46,383 bases of DNA from a virus (IMGVR_UViG_3300015203_000015:1-46383); one strand, 5' to 3'. Shown: positions 1 to 9,009, counted from the first letter of the stretch. Program-made: numbers and translations. The notes: a model not told the origin generated them from the sequence alone.

Positions 1-80
1 ACGGTTCCGGTTACGGTTACGGTTACGGTTACGGTTACGGTTACGGTTACGGTGACGGTGACGGTGACGGTGACGGTTAC
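1..80 (+). repeat. Hexanucleotide tandem repeat GGT(TAC/TCC/GAC)
   Basis: Direct reading: GGTTCC, a GGTTAC run, then GGTGAC x4; same repeat family as at the window end. Confidence 0.95.
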
Positions 81-98
81 GGGGGTCTCGCCCAATGA
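1..98 (+). CDS. C-terminal part of Gly-Tyr/Ser/Asp repeat protein (continues from 46107-46383 across the circular junction)
   Basis: Frame starting at base 3 reads GSGYGYGY...GDGDGDGDGYGGLAQ* with TGA at 96-98, overlapping the next ATG at 95. The last base of the window (T) plus AC at 1-2 completes a TAC codon in frame. Confidence 0.75.
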   Translation, partial: GSGYGYGYGYGYGYGYGDGDGDGDGYGGLAQ

Positions 99-307
99 AA
101 CGTCGAGACCGTCAACTCATTATTTCGGCCGTGGCGCTTGTTGCCGATGCGCGTCTCTCGCTGGCCGGAGCGGATCGCCTATTGGCGCGCCTTGGCTGTT
201 TTGAATTCGAGCGAGTTAGGCTCGCGCGCATTGCCGCCGACACCTTCGATCTCGAAGAAACGATCGATCTGCCAGAGACGGCATGCGCAGTCGGAGGCTA
301 TTCATGA
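95..307 (+). CDS. hypothetical protein
   Basis: ATGA overlaps with the upstream and downstream genes (translational coupling). Confidence 0.55.
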   Translation: MKRRDRQLIISAVALVADARLSLAGADRLLARLGCFEFERVRLARIAADTFDLEETIDLPETACAVGGYS

Positions 308-585
308 GCGAAGAAACCAAACCGATCACTGTGACGGTCGAGCTCGACGATCTGACGTCGGCCCAGGCGGCGCTTTTGCAATTGGCCGATCAGTCGGAGC
401 AGATGGCAGCCAAGCTCAAACGGTCGCATATGGGCGCCGCCAGCCGCCAGGCGGCCGAGAACGCCACGGCTCTCAGGCAGGCCAGCGCGCGGATCAATGA
501 GGCTGTGAGGCGAACTGAGGGAGGCGATGTGGAGAACACGGACGTCGACCGAGGGAGCGGTAGCGCAAGCAAGCGCGAGAGTTAA
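304..585 (+). CDS. hypothetical coiled-coil protein
   Basis: GGAGG RBS before ATG 304; helical Ala/Gln-rich sequence. Confidence 0.65.
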   Translation: MSEETKPITVTVELDDLTSAQAALLQLADQSEQMAAKLKRSHMGAASRQAAENATALRQASARINEAVRRTEGGDVENTDVDRGSGSASKRES

Positions 586-653
586 AAAGAAATCGCCCCG
601 GGGCCGCGAGGAGCGCGGCCCTGGGGGGCGCGCAGGCAAGGAGCCGATGAGCT

Positions 654-1658
654 ATGAACGAGGATTGGACTGAACACGCGACCGCCAAAAAGCGTCCGGC
701 GACACGTGGCGAAGATGACGAAGACCCTGCGTGGGACGCCGTCTTGAAATGGGATCCGTTGGAGCTGAGCGCGGCGGCTAAACTTGCGTGGCTGACGATG
801 TGGAAGTGGGCCGGCCGACGACCTGGAAGCGTCAACGTCAATTTCGCTGAGCTGGGCGCGAGCCAGGGCTGCACGGACAAAGTCGGCCGCAACGCGGTCA
901 GGAACCTGATCGCCGTTCATCTTGTCGAAAGAGGAGACCGCAAGCGTGGCAGGTCGACTCTGTATCTTTGGGAGCCACGAGAGGTCTGCCGAGCACGCGA
1001 CGTTAGGGTGGGTATTACCGATCGACCGATCATCGATCAACATCCCGACTCGCGTGACTCGGAAGACTTTGACTGCCCTCAAACCGGCGGAACCGCCGAT
1101 TCGTTAGAGCCAATCGGCGGAACCGCCGGAGGGCAATCGGCGGAACCGCCGGTTTCCCCCTTACCTTATAGGTTATCTGTAAATCAACCTTACCCTGGTA
1201 CTCACCTTACCTTAAGTATTAAAGGCAAGGGCGCTAGAGAGGAGCAACCGGCGGAACCGCCGGAAGGCAATCGGCGGAACCGCCGAACGGACGGCGCGAT
1301 TTCGGCGGAACAGCCGTTTGGCGCCGTGCTGGTCGACGCACTCGAACGCCGGCTGGCACGCGACCCGGCCGCCGCCTTCGCTGATGAGCGGCAGGTCGTC
1401 GGTTACATCCGCCAGAGAATTCCAAGCATCGACGAGAACGTGGGCGGCATCGTCGCGCGAGCCATCCTCTCCAAACGGTTGCCCCGCCACGAGCTCGAAG
1501 ACGCGATCGCCTACGGTCTGAAAATCGATGCCGAACACGGGTCGCTGGGGCAGAAGGCCTGGATCGGTTTCATGGGCGTGATGAAACGCGCCTTCCGTGA
1601 AGCCGGCCTGGCGGATGACTGGCCGTTCGGACGCGGTCCGAGAAAGGATCCGCGATGA
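654..1658 (+). CDS. putative replication initiator (N-terminal winged-helix; iterons inside the gene)
   Basis: N-terminal wHTH-like segment (NFAELGASQGCTDKVGRNAVRNLIAVHLVER); central low-complexity linker encoded by DNA repeats, as in lambda O-type initiators. Confidence 0.65.
   Translation: MNEDWTEHATAKKRPATRGEDDEDPAWDAVLKWDPLELSAAAKLAWLTMWKWAGRRPGSVNVNFAELGASQGCTDKVGRNAVRNLIAVHLVERGDRKRGRSTLYLWEPREVCRARDVRVGITDRPIIDQHPDSRDSEDFDCPQTGGTADSLEPIGGTAGGQSAEPPVSPLPYRLSVNQPYPGTHLTLSIKGKGAREEQPAEPPEGNRRNRRTDGAISAEQPFGAVLVDALERRLARDPAAAFADERQVVGYIRQRIPSIDENVGGIVARAILSKRLPRHELEDAIAYGLKIDAEHGSLGQKAWIGFMGVMKRAFREAGLADDWPFGRGPRKDPR
1085..1316. repeat. Iteron array / candidate replication origin
   Basis: CGGCGGAACCGCCG at 1085, 1115, 1138, 1249, 1272 and a variant at 1303, flanking an AT-rich tract (~1155-1225) containing CCTTACC repeats. 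Confidence 0.75.
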
Positions 1659-1915
1659 GGCTGCTCGATCATTTCATCCAGCACGGCGATTTCCCGGCCG
1701 CCGGCCATCCGACCGATTCGAAGCCATGCGCGACAGCTCGACCGGCCAAATCGCAAGCCGCGGTCCGAGGCCAGCTGGTTTGGTTGCTCTTGTGCGCCTT
1801 CCACTGGGCCGATCGGCATGGCGTGCTGTTCCACGAGGCGCTCGATGACGCCGAAGCGATGTTCTTGAACGAAGTCGACCGGGGTTCCAAGCACCGGGAA
1901 GGATCCAAAGCATGA
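1655..1915 (+). CDS. hypothetical protein
   Basis: ATGA-coupled to the initiator gene and the next gene. Confidence 0.6.
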   Translation: MRLLDHFIQHGDFPAAGHPTDSKPCATARPAKSQAAVRGQLVWLLLCAFHWADRHGVLFHEALDDAEAMFLNEVDRGSKHREGSKA

Positions 1916-2193
1916 GTACCGAAGACGCGGGATTTTACGACGAGCCCCACGTCGCCGACGAAGGCGGCACAAGCCAGTTGATCTGCTCGAGCGTTGAGAT
2001 CTGCCGCCGGATGGGCTGGGGCGTCGGCACCGAGCTGGTGGCCGCCGACTGCGAGAAGTTTCGCGTGCGCATCACGGCGCTCGGCGAACGCGTGGTGATC
2101 GTGCGGATCATCACAGCCGCCAACGGGCAGCCAGTCGAACCCAACGAGTGCATCTGGGAACTGAATTACCGCGACTGGCAACAGGCCGCGTGA
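1912..2193 (+). CDS. hypothetical protein
   Basis: ATGA-coupled ORF with GC-rich third codon positions. Confidence 0.65.
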   Translation: MSTEDAGFYDEPHVADEGGTSQLICSSVEICRRMGWGVGTELVAADCEKFRVRITALGERVVIVRIITAANGQPVEPNECIWELNYRDWQQAA

Positions 2194-2203
2194 GGAGTAA
2201 CTG

Positions 2204-2887
2204 ATGGGGAGAAAAGGTAAACGAACTTGGAAGGTAGATAAGCTGCCGATCCACACGGTGGTTCAACGCACGCGCCGCCGCACCAAGGCGGGGAGAAAGC
2301 TCGTAGTGCGGTACATCAAAGTCACAAACCGCTCGCCAAAGTCCAAGCAATGGGTTCGGCTTTCGCGCTGGCGTTGGGAGCAGGCCAATGGCCCCGTGCC
2401 GAAAGGATTCGTGGTGGCCTGCCTGGACGGCAATTCTCTCAACGATTCGATTTGGAACCTCGGCCTGAAAACGCCCGGCGAGGTCGCGCAAATCCAGCAC
2501 GCCATCGATCCGATAATGTCGCGGCGCAACGTGCGGCTGATGAGAGATGCGACGGCAACCAGAAATCGGATTGAACGCAGGTGCCGGATCTTCGGCCGCG
2601 ATTGGCGCCCCACTCGATGGTACGCCATCGATCTTAACCGCGGCATGATTGTAGCTGCCAATGCGCGCACGCGGAGCGAGTTGGCGATTCAAATTGGGCT
2701 GATCGATCAGCCTGACGTCAACGGCCGCAGAATCCCGAAGCTCGCCAGGTCAGGCGGCTTCTCATTCCTCCGCGGCCGCGACCTCGCATGCAGCTCTTAT
2801 CGCGGCCTCCCCATCAGTGATTTTTCACGAAGGCCCCAATCGCGAGGATCCAAAGATGAACGTCGTCACCATCAAAAGGAAATGTGA
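2204..2887 (+). CDS. HNH-family (beta-beta-alpha-Me) endonuclease-like protein
   Basis: WEQANGPVPKGFVVACLDGNSLNDSIWNL matches the phage HNH pattern WE..nGp.P.G..v...DGn..N....NL; GAGGAG RBS. Confidence 0.7.
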   Translation: MGRKGKRTWKVDKLPIHTVVQRTRRRTKAGRKLVVRYIKVTNRSPKSKQWVRLSRWRWEQANGPVPKGFVVACLDGNSLNDSIWNLGLKTPGEVAQIQHAIDPIMSRRNVRLMRDATATRNRIERRCRIFGRDWRPTRWYAIDLNRGMIVAANARTRSELAIQIGLIDQPDVNGRRIPKLARSGGFSFLRGRDLACSSYRGLPISDFSRRPQSRGSKDERRHHQKEM

Positions 2888-2888
2888 A

Positions 2889-3314
2889 ATGGAACCTACC
2901 GGAACGCTGGAGTGCCCGATTTGCGGGTGGGCTGAGCCCCACCACCATTCTGATTTCGAGGTCAATGTGGAGCGGTTCGCGCGGCCTGCGTTTGAGATGT
3001 GGTATGCACTGGCAATGCGGTCGCGAAGCAATGAAAACTCGACCGCCGATCTGTCCCGAAACTATCGCGTCAATAGCTGGGGCGTTCCGAACCGCTGGGC
3101 ACTTAGGCTCGGCAAAAACTCATGGGGAAAGCCCTGCGGCCCGTACCACGATGAAAAAGTCGAGTCGTATTGGCAGGTGTTTAAGGCGGCCTGGACCTGT
3201 CCGCCCGACCGCTGCGCACCCTGGATGCTGCGTTTCCGATTCGATTCGTGCTGCAACATCATCGACACACACGACCCCGAGCAAGTCGCTAACGCCTTTG
3301 GGCTGATTTGGTGA
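2889..3314 (+). CDS. hypothetical protein (N-terminal CPxCG motif)
   Basis: AAAGGA RBS upstream; start could alternatively be 2856. Confidence 0.55.
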   Translation: MEPTGTLECPICGWAEPHHHSDFEVNVERFARPAFEMWYALAMRSRSNENSTADLSRNYRVNSWGVPNRWALRLGKNSWGKPCGPYHDEKVESYWQVFKAAWTCPPDRCAPWMLRFRFDSCCNIIDTHDPEQVANAFGLIW

Positions 3315-3359
3315 GCCAAGTAAGTCGTTGCCATAACTTTTTTTGAAAAGGAGTTTCAC

Positions 3360-5237
3360 ATGATCTCGAAAACCAAGGGAGCGAAACCACGAAGCCCCGG
3401 GGCCTTGGCCATGCTCGAAGGGCGCAGAGGCGTGCCGAAGAACGCCGCGATCGCCCGGACCCTTGCAGGCCGGCAAGACGCTTTCCACCCTGATGACGAC
3501 GACGAGGAGGAGGATGAAGACGATGAAGCTGACGATTCGGATCTCGAAACTCGTGATGACGATCCAGACAATGAGTCGGACGAGGAAGATCCGAGCGACG
3601 TCGAGGACTCGGCAGCAAAGAAGCCCAATGGCAAAGCGGCCTCGCCCACGTCGACCACTACGCCGGCCGGGATCCGCGAGCACGATCCCGAGGCCGTGAA
3701 TGGCAAGGGCCATAAGCCGTCGCCGGCGAGGCCGCCCCAAGAGCCCTTTAAATCTCAACCGAGCCATGTGCAGCTTCACCAGATCGTCGTCTCGAAGCAC
3801 AACCCACGGCGGTCGTTCGACGACGCGGCGCTCGCGGAGCTGGCCGAGAGCATCAAGGCGCATGGCATTTTGCAGGACATGCTGGTGCGGCCGCTCGGCG
3901 GCGGCATGTACGAGCTGGTGAGCGGCGAGCGGCGCATGCGCGCGGCCAAGCTGGCCGGCCTGAAGGGCGTGCGCGTGACCATCGCCGAGATCACCGAAGA
4001 GCAGGCGGCCGAGATCCGCCTGGTCGAGAACCTGCAGCGCGAGGACCTGACGCCGATCGAGGAAGCGGCCGGGTACCAGGACCTGGTGAAGCGGTTCCAG
4101 TACTCCCAGCAGCAGCTGGCGGCCAAGCTCGGCCGCTCGCAGGCCCACGTCGCCCAGATGTTGGCGCTGTTGAAGCTTCCCGAGGTGTGGCAGGAGAAGC
4201 TGATCACGCGCGTGATTACGCCGACCCATGCTCGAGCGCTCGCGTCGTTTGCGGAGCATCCGCGACTGTTGGAAAAGATCGCGAAGGAGATAGGGGGCGA
4301 TCCGATCCGCGGCCACAAGGATTTTCAAGGGCAGGTAACCCGGGCCGCGCGCTGCGCAACCGAGGTGATGCATGGCGACGAGTATTCGTACGACTTCCAC
4401 CGGCGCATCCCGATCTTCAAGCCCACGGCCGAGCAGCGGGCACAGCTCGAAATCGTGACCATCGGAAAAGAGGAGCGGGCGGTCAACTCGAAGCTTTGGG
4501 AGCAGCTTCAAACCGCCCATGTGAAGGCGATCGTCAAAAGAGACGCCGGTAAGGGGAAGGCCAAATCCAAAAACGACGCGGCTCCCAAGCTCTCGCCGGC
4601 CGAGCTCAAGGCCCGCGCGAAAAAGCTGGCCGACCAGTTCAAGCGCCGCGTCCATGACTGGCGCGAGAATTGGCTGCGATCGCTGCTCGCCAGGTACGTC
4701 GAAATGAATCCCGAGTTCGGCTCTCGAATCGTGCTGATGGGCTTGAGCGAAACTGGCCACGCCGGCTCGTACCGAGACGTCGGCCTGGTGATGGGAATCA
4801 AAGAATCGAACAACTGGCGGCGCAACCGCGGGCCCAATGAATTAGAAACCACGATCGCCGGTCTGGCCGATTGCCGCCCGACGTTCGCGGACCTGGCCAT
4901 TCATTGGCTCTGGAAAGCCAAAGAGAATGTGCCGGCCAACGTGTTCTTTTCGCCGGAGCTCGACGTGCTCGCGGCTGCGGCCGGCATCGACTTGGACGAG
5001 GCCTGGTCGTCGGGTTATTCGAAATCGTTCTGCTCTGCGTTTTGGAACCTGCACGGGAAGGCCCAGCTGATCGCGCTGGCCGCCGAGCTCAAGATCAAGG
5101 GCGTCGACGAGAGCATGCCCAAAGGGGACATCATCGAAACGATCGACGAGTCGGCAGAAGGGACGCTCAAAATGCCCAAGGAAATCGAACGCGTCAAAGC
5201 GCTTGCCGTGGCGAAGACCAAAAAGGCAAAACGATGA
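3360..5237 (+). CDS. parB: ParB/RepB/Spo0J-family protein with acidic N-terminal extension
   Basis: NPRRSFD..LAELAESIKAHGILQDMLVRP, ELVSGERRMRAA, ENLQREDLTPIEEA and HTH SQQQLAAKLGRSQAHVAQML; AAGGAG RBS. Confidence 0.92.
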   Translation: MISKTKGAKPRSPGALAMLEGRRGVPKNAAIARTLAGRQDAFHPDDDDEEEDEDDEADDSDLETRDDDPDNESDEEDPSDVEDSAAKKPNGKAASPTSTTTPAGIREHDPEAVNGKGHKPSPARPPQEPFKSQPSHVQLHQIVVSKHNPRRSFDDAALAELAESIKAHGILQDMLVRPLGGGMYELVSGERRMRAAKLAGLKGVRVTIAEITEEQAAEIRLVENLQREDLTPIEEAAGYQDLVKRFQYSQQQLAAKLGRSQAHVAQMLALLKLPEVWQEKLITRVITPTHARALASFAEHPRLLEKIAKEIGGDPIRGHKDFQGQVTRAARCATEVMHGDEYSYDFHRRIPIFKPTAEQRAQLEIVTIGKEERAVNSKLWEQLQTAHVKAIVKRDAGKGKAKSKNDAAPKLSPAELKARAKKLADQFKRRVHDWRENWLRSLLARYVEMNPEFGSRIVLMGLSETGHAGSYRDVGLVMGIKESNNWRRNRGPNELETTIAGLADCRPTFADLAIHWLWKAKENVPANVFFSPELDVLAAAAGIDLDEAWSSGYSKSFCSAFWNLHGKAQLIALAAELKIKGVDESMPKGDIIETIDESAEGTLKMPKEIERVKALAVAKTKKAKR

Positions 5238-5482
5238 AGGGCGGTAGCATGGTGCAAAGCGAGGCTGCGGTCTTGGAGATGTTCGTGATCTACGATCGCC
5301 CGACTGATCATCCGAACCATTTCGTCGTGCGCCGTTGGCTCGTTCACCACTATCCCGCCCCATGCGAGGCCTGCACCTTGCACAACTCTCTCGAAGAGGC
5401 GCGGCGATCGCTGCCGGATGGACTGACCCGGGTGCGCCGCGATGTGAATGACGAGCAGCAGATTGTGGAGACCTGGCTGTGA
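5234..5482 (+). CDS. small conserved-looking phage protein
   Basis: VIYDRPTDHP..FVVRRW...SLEEARR.LP.GL..V.R...D...IVETW pattern recalled from phage hypothetical proteins; coupled to parB. Confidence 0.7.
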   Translation: MKGGSMVQSEAAVLEMFVIYDRPTDHPNHFVVRRWLVHHYPAPCEACTLHNSLEEARRSLPDGLTRVRRDVNDEQQIVETWL

Positions 5483-5931
5483 GCCGCAAAACCAATCGAC
5501 TGATCCTGGCCGGGCTAGGGAAGCCATATGTGGAGATCGCGCGCGAGCTGGGGATTCGCGTCGAACTCGATGGCGACCTGGTCCTACTCGACTATGCGGC
5601 GGTCCTCGAGCCGATGGCGGGTTTGCTGCGCAAGCACGAGGACCTGGTCTGCGCAATGCTCGAACGCGAGTGCGGCCGGATCGGCATGTACTGCCACGGC
5701 GGCCCGCTCGACGGTAAACGCAGCGGAATCGGCGAAGGCAGTCATCGGGCCTTTCACATCGGCCGCGGCCAGTGGGCCTGCTACGTGGCCCGCTTCGGCG
5801 ACGACGGCCGGGCCACCTATATCGGCCTGGCCACCAGCCAGACCAAGGCCCGGCGCAAGTTCTACGTGCCGTGCAAGTGTGGCCACTCTGTTGGCCAGTG
5901 TTTTTGTTTGATGAACTTCAAGAAGACCTGA
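5479..5931 (+). CDS. hypothetical protein
   Basis: GTGA overlap; Cys/Gly-rich (GGPLDG, CKCGH). Confidence 0.6.
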   Translation: MSRKTNRLILAGLGKPYVEIARELGIRVELDGDLVLLDYAAVLEPMAGLLRKHEDLVCAMLERECGRIGMYCHGGPLDGKRSGIGEGSHRAFHIGRGQWACYVARFGDDGRATYIGLATSQTKARRKFYVPCKCGHSVGQCFCLMNFKKT

Positions 5932-5944
5932 GGGAGATTTTCCA

Positions 5945-6226
5945 ATGTGCGATCCCACGACAGCGAGAATCCAGGATGAAGAGGATCCGATGGAATTGGC
6001 GATCGCGCTGGAATCGCTGCGGGTCTGGCTCGAAAGACTGTGGCGCGCTGAAAACAGCGGAATTGTCTCCAGGGATAGCCAGCTGGTCAGCCGCGCTTTG
6101 AGCGCGTTATCAAATTTCGACCGTGAGAACACGGAGCTCAAAGGCCGGGTTCGCGTGCTCGAACGCCGCGTCAAGGAGCTGACGGATACGAAGGCGTCGC
6201 GAGTTTCGCCGTCAGCTACGTATTAG
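5945..6226 (+). CDS. hypothetical coiled-coil protein
   Basis: GAGGGAG RBS; heptad pattern ENTELKGRVRVLERRVKEL. Confidence 0.6.
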   Translation: MCDPTTARIQDEEDPMELAIALESLRVWLERLWRAENSGIVSRDSQLVSRALSALSNFDRENTELKGRVRVLERRVKELTDTKASRVSPSATY

Positions 6227-6268
6227 GTCGCCAGGGGTGGCAATCTTTTTCTCACATGGAGGTTTCCA

Positions 6269-6478
6269 ATGAGTCGTTTGGTTTTGGGCCGCAAAATGGG
6301 CGAGCGGATTTTGCTCGACAACGGCGTCGAAGTGTTCGTGATTTCAATTCGCGGAGAAAAGTGCCGGCTGGCGATCTCGGCGTCGCCGGAGGTGAGGATC
6401 TTTCGCGATGAGATCGCGCCCCCCGAGATCCTGGCACTGTTCGAGCCAGGTCAGGCAGACCAGCCAAAGGTCGCGTAA
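6269..6478 (+). CDS. csrA: carbon storage regulator CsrA-like RNA-binding protein
   Basis: LVLGRKMGERILLDNGVEVFVISIRGEKCRLAISASPEVRIFRDEI follows the CsrA consensus LvL.Rk.GE.I.....i.v.V....g..vrlgi.AP..v.i.R.Ei; GGAGG RBS. Confidence 0.9.
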   Translation: MSRLVLGRKMGERILLDNGVEVFVISIRGEKCRLAISASPEVRIFRDEIAPPEILALFEPGQADQPKVA

Positions 6479-6517
6479 CCAGCGGTTTCCCCAAAGTTAT
6501 CTCACGGAGGTAGTCCA

Positions 6518-6958
6518 ATGTTCGATGCCGAGCTCAACCAGGTGATGGCGATCGCTGGCAACGCCTCGCGATCGGCGGTCGAGGTCGCCCAGATCGCTCA
6601 TCAATTGATGGGTATGCTCGACGAGGCCCTGTCGGAAAAACGGAAGCTGCAATCGATTCTAGGGGAAGCGACCAAGCGGCTTGACGCCTCGCAGGAGCGC
6701 TTCGACAAGTTCGTAGAAGCCACCGCACGCGACGCCAAGATCGATGACGAGCACCGATCGTTCAAGCGTGCCCTGCGGGAGATCGAGCATCTGACGGTGC
6801 TGGCCTCGTTGCCAGAAGATCAATTATTGGATCTCAAGGGATCTTGGAGCTGCGCGGCCAAATCCGTAGCGAAGGCGCTCAATCGACGCACGATTCGCAA
6901 AGCCCCGGGAAACGAAGCATTGAAGGAATACGAAGTTCATCCGCCAGAAAACGTGTGA
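6518..6958 (+). CDS. hypothetical coiled-coil protein
   Basis: GGAGG RBS; helical sequence. Confidence 0.65.
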   Translation: MFDAELNQVMAIAGNASRSAVEVAQIAHQLMGMLDEALSEKRKLQSILGEATKRLDASQERFDKFVEATARDAKIDDEHRSFKRALREIEHLTVLASLPEDQLLDLKGSWSCAAKSVAKALNRRTIRKAPGNEALKEYEVHPPENV

Positions 6959-6962
6959 GCCC

Positions 6963-7163
6963 ATGGGAACCAAGCGCAATCAACTGCCACAGCGGTGCCC
7001 GACCTGCGGGCAGCTGGTCTACATGCCCTGCCGAGGCTGCGGCGAGGAGCGCCGTCTTGATCTGCGGCGCCGCGAGAGGTTCGAAATGAAACTTGGCCTG
7101 GCCGATGCTTCCGGCAGTCGGGCATCGGCCGAAACCGAGGTGCGGGGACCATCCGATGCTTAG
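6963..7163 (+). CDS. small zinc-ribbon protein
   Basis: RCPTCGQLVYMPCRGC motif; the same motif type occurs in 13043-13435. Confidence 0.6.
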   Translation: MGTKRNQLPQRCPTCGQLVYMPCRGCGEERRLDLRRRERFEMKLGLADASGSRASAETEVRGPSDA

Positions 7164-7422
7164 GCCACGCGAAAAGGAGATCCGGGAGTTGGCCCTGATC
7201 AGTCCGATCATCCATGCCGGCGTCAGGATGGCCGACAGCGGTTTTTTAACGTGGGAGGAGGCCCTCGCTCGGATCGTGGAAACGCTGGACACCAACAACC
7301 GCGATCTGCTCGAAGACCTGATGCGGTGTCAAAGCCGACGTCCAATGATTTTCCAACTGAGCGCCGCCGATGCGCGGCGTGCCATTCAGCAAGATCTCAA
7401 GAAAGGAGGACTTTTGCAGTGA
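7156..7422 (+). CDS. hypothetical protein
   Basis: Overlap-coupled ORF in the early operon. Confidence 0.55.
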   Translation: MLRPREKEIRELALISPIIHAGVRMADSGFLTWEEALARIVETLDTNNRDLLEDLMRCQSRRPMIFQLSAADARRAIQQDLKKGGLLQ

Positions 7423-7826
7423 TTTGCCAACCCAAACCAGTCATCTGTTGCCGCCGCTGCGGCAGGCCGGTGGATCAGAAAGACCCGTCGACGGTCACGC
7501 TGTTCGGCCCGACGGGATTCGCGGTCGTGCCGATTTGTTTCGAGTGCAAATCCAAGCTGATGGAGTTGGCTCAAACGCCTCAGCCTGGGAGCATGCCCCA
7601 CGTGCGTGTCCGCGAGCCGATGAGCTTGAGCCAGCTGATCGGGCTGGCGATCGCCCCAGGTGCGATTGTGGCGCTCGCGCTCAATCACCCGGGTCTCAAT
7701 CAGCTTTTCGTGGGCGGCGCGCTGCTGTTGTCCGCTGGCCTGATCACCTGGCTGTGTGACGAGCTGGTCTATGCCGGCCTGATCAAAGCGTCCAGGAGCG
7801 AACTGGCGGCTCGACGCAATAGATGA
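7419..7826 (+). CDS. zinc-finger plus two-transmembrane membrane protein
   Basis: CRRC...CFEC followed by two hydrophobic segments; AGGAGG RBS and GTGA overlap. Confidence 0.6.
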   Translation: MICQPKPVICCRRCGRPVDQKDPSTVTLFGPTGFAVVPICFECKSKLMELAQTPQPGSMPHVRVREPMSLSQLIGLAIAPGAIVALALNHPGLNQLFVGGALLLSAGLITWLCDELVYAGLIKASRSELAARRNR

Positions 7827-7838
7827 CCGTCGTATAAT
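7810..7838 (+). promoter_or_regulatory. putative sigma70 promoter for 7913-8722
   Basis: Perfect TATAAT at 7833-7838 with TCGACG 16 bp upstream. Confidence 0.5.
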
Positions 7839-7912
7839 GTCAGCCCTGGCTCCGGCCCGGGCGCCGCGTAGCAAGGTGTTTCGACAATTTCGCGGTCAAG
7901 CGTGGGTCAAAG

Positions 7913-8344
7913 ATGGAAGACTTGGAACTGCTGCATCGAATTAGAAACGCCCTCAAGACTGAGGCCGCTCGCAAATTGTGGGAATCCCTAGCGATCGAAG
8001 GAGGCAAATGGTCGATCGTGACGGTGGCTCAGTCCGAGGGACTCGATGAGGCGGTTGACGAGGTAGAGATGATGGCGAAAGAAGCGATCTTGTTGGGCGA
8101 TTATTGCAAGCAACGGGATAACGTCGTGATCTTCTTTCATGCGTCGCATGGCACCACAGGCTATCTCCTATCCTCGCATCTGAGCAAAGTCTGGCTGAGC
8201 TTGTGCGGAGCAATCAATGTCGACGGCAGATGGTTCTGGAACGGAACGGGAGACCTAACCGACGGCCGCGGGGCTGCGATGACCGGCGCAGTCGCCTACA
8301 GCGACTCCGAAAAATTTGTCGAGCTAGTGGCTCCGAACAACTAA
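7913..8344 (+). CDS. hypothetical protein (moron-like, lower GC)
   Basis: 143-aa ORF behind its own promoter-like sequence; less GC-biased codons. Confidence 0.6.
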   Translation: MEDLELLHRIRNALKTEAARKLWESLAIEGGKWSIVTVAQSEGLDEAVDEVEMMAKEAILLGDYCKQRDNVVIFFHASHGTTGYLLSSHLSKVWLSLCGAINVDGRWFWNGTGDLTDGRGAAMTGAVAYSDSEKFVELVAPNN

Positions 8345-8371
8345 CAGCCATTCTGACCGGAGGAGTGCCCA

Positions 8372-8722
8372 ATGCCCTCGTGGTTCAATTCCGACGTGGG
8401 ATTAGATGATTCGCGGCGCTTCGCCAATTTTCTCATTCCAGCCCGCTATGCGAAGGAGCTGATCGATATAGCGCATGGGCTGCGCGGCAGCGACCAGCCC
8501 GACCGTCTTTGTTTGCGTGTCAAGGACATGATCACCGAGGCGCGCCCCGACCTGGCCGACTGCATGCTTGGGTATTTGAGCTATGACTATCGGCGCAGCG
8601 TGTTTGTCGTGATGGCTGTGCATCAATCCTTTGCGCCGGTACGGGATTTCGACGAGTGCCCGACCGAATGGCTCGAACCTGACGATCGCGGCTCGTGGCG
8701 TGCTCGGCCGTCCATGATATGA
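8372..8722 (+). CDS. hypothetical protein
   Basis: GGAGGAG RBS upstream. Confidence 0.6.
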   Translation: MPSWFNSDVGLDDSRRFANFLIPARYAKELIDIAHGLRGSDQPDRLCLRVKDMITEARPDLADCMLGYLSYDYRRSVFVVMAVHQSFAPVRDFDECPTEWLEPDDRGSWRARPSMI

Positions 8723-8747
8723 CGGCCCACACGCAGGCGAGCGCTTC

Positions 8748-8756
8748 TGGTAGAAT
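8748..8756 (+). promoter_or_regulatory. extended -10 promoter (TGnTAGAAT), near-leaderless for 8766
   Basis: TGGTAGAAT at 8748-8756, 9 nt before ATG 8766. Confidence 0.45.
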
Positions 8757-8765
8757 GCTTCCCCG

Positions 8766-8963
8766 ATGGGCCGCATCTGCCATAAGTTGAAAGTGGGCAT
8801 GGAGCTGGAATCGCGGGGGGTCGTCGTACTGATCCAACGCGTGACGCGCGGCGGTGTTGTGCTATCAGTCGATTCGAGCGTGAAACCCCGATTCTCTCGC
8901 GTGGGCCGCTCTGGAAGAATCAGGTTGACGCTGGCAGGCGATCTGCCTAACGTAGAACCCTGA
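8766..8963 (+). CDS. divergent CsrA-fold protein
   Basis: KLKVGMELESRGVVVLIQRVTRGGVVLSVDS aligns by eye with the CsrA beta-strand pattern (RKVGE.I....I.V.V..v.g.qV.igi.A). Confidence 0.5.
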   Translation: MGRICHKLKVGMELESRGVVVLIQRVTRGGVVLSVDSSVKPRFSRVGRSGRIRLTLAGDLPNVEP

Positions 8964-9009
8964 AGCAAGTGCCCAATGAGGGGCCCACGCATCGGCGGTT
9001 TTGTTATGT

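Noticed and set aside
3120-4760. Long minus-strand ORFs (546 aa here; also 36366-38609, 21477-22928, 24119-25435, 16095-17348)
   Set aside because: They are antisense shadows of strongly GC3-biased plus-strand genes, with no motifs or RBS.
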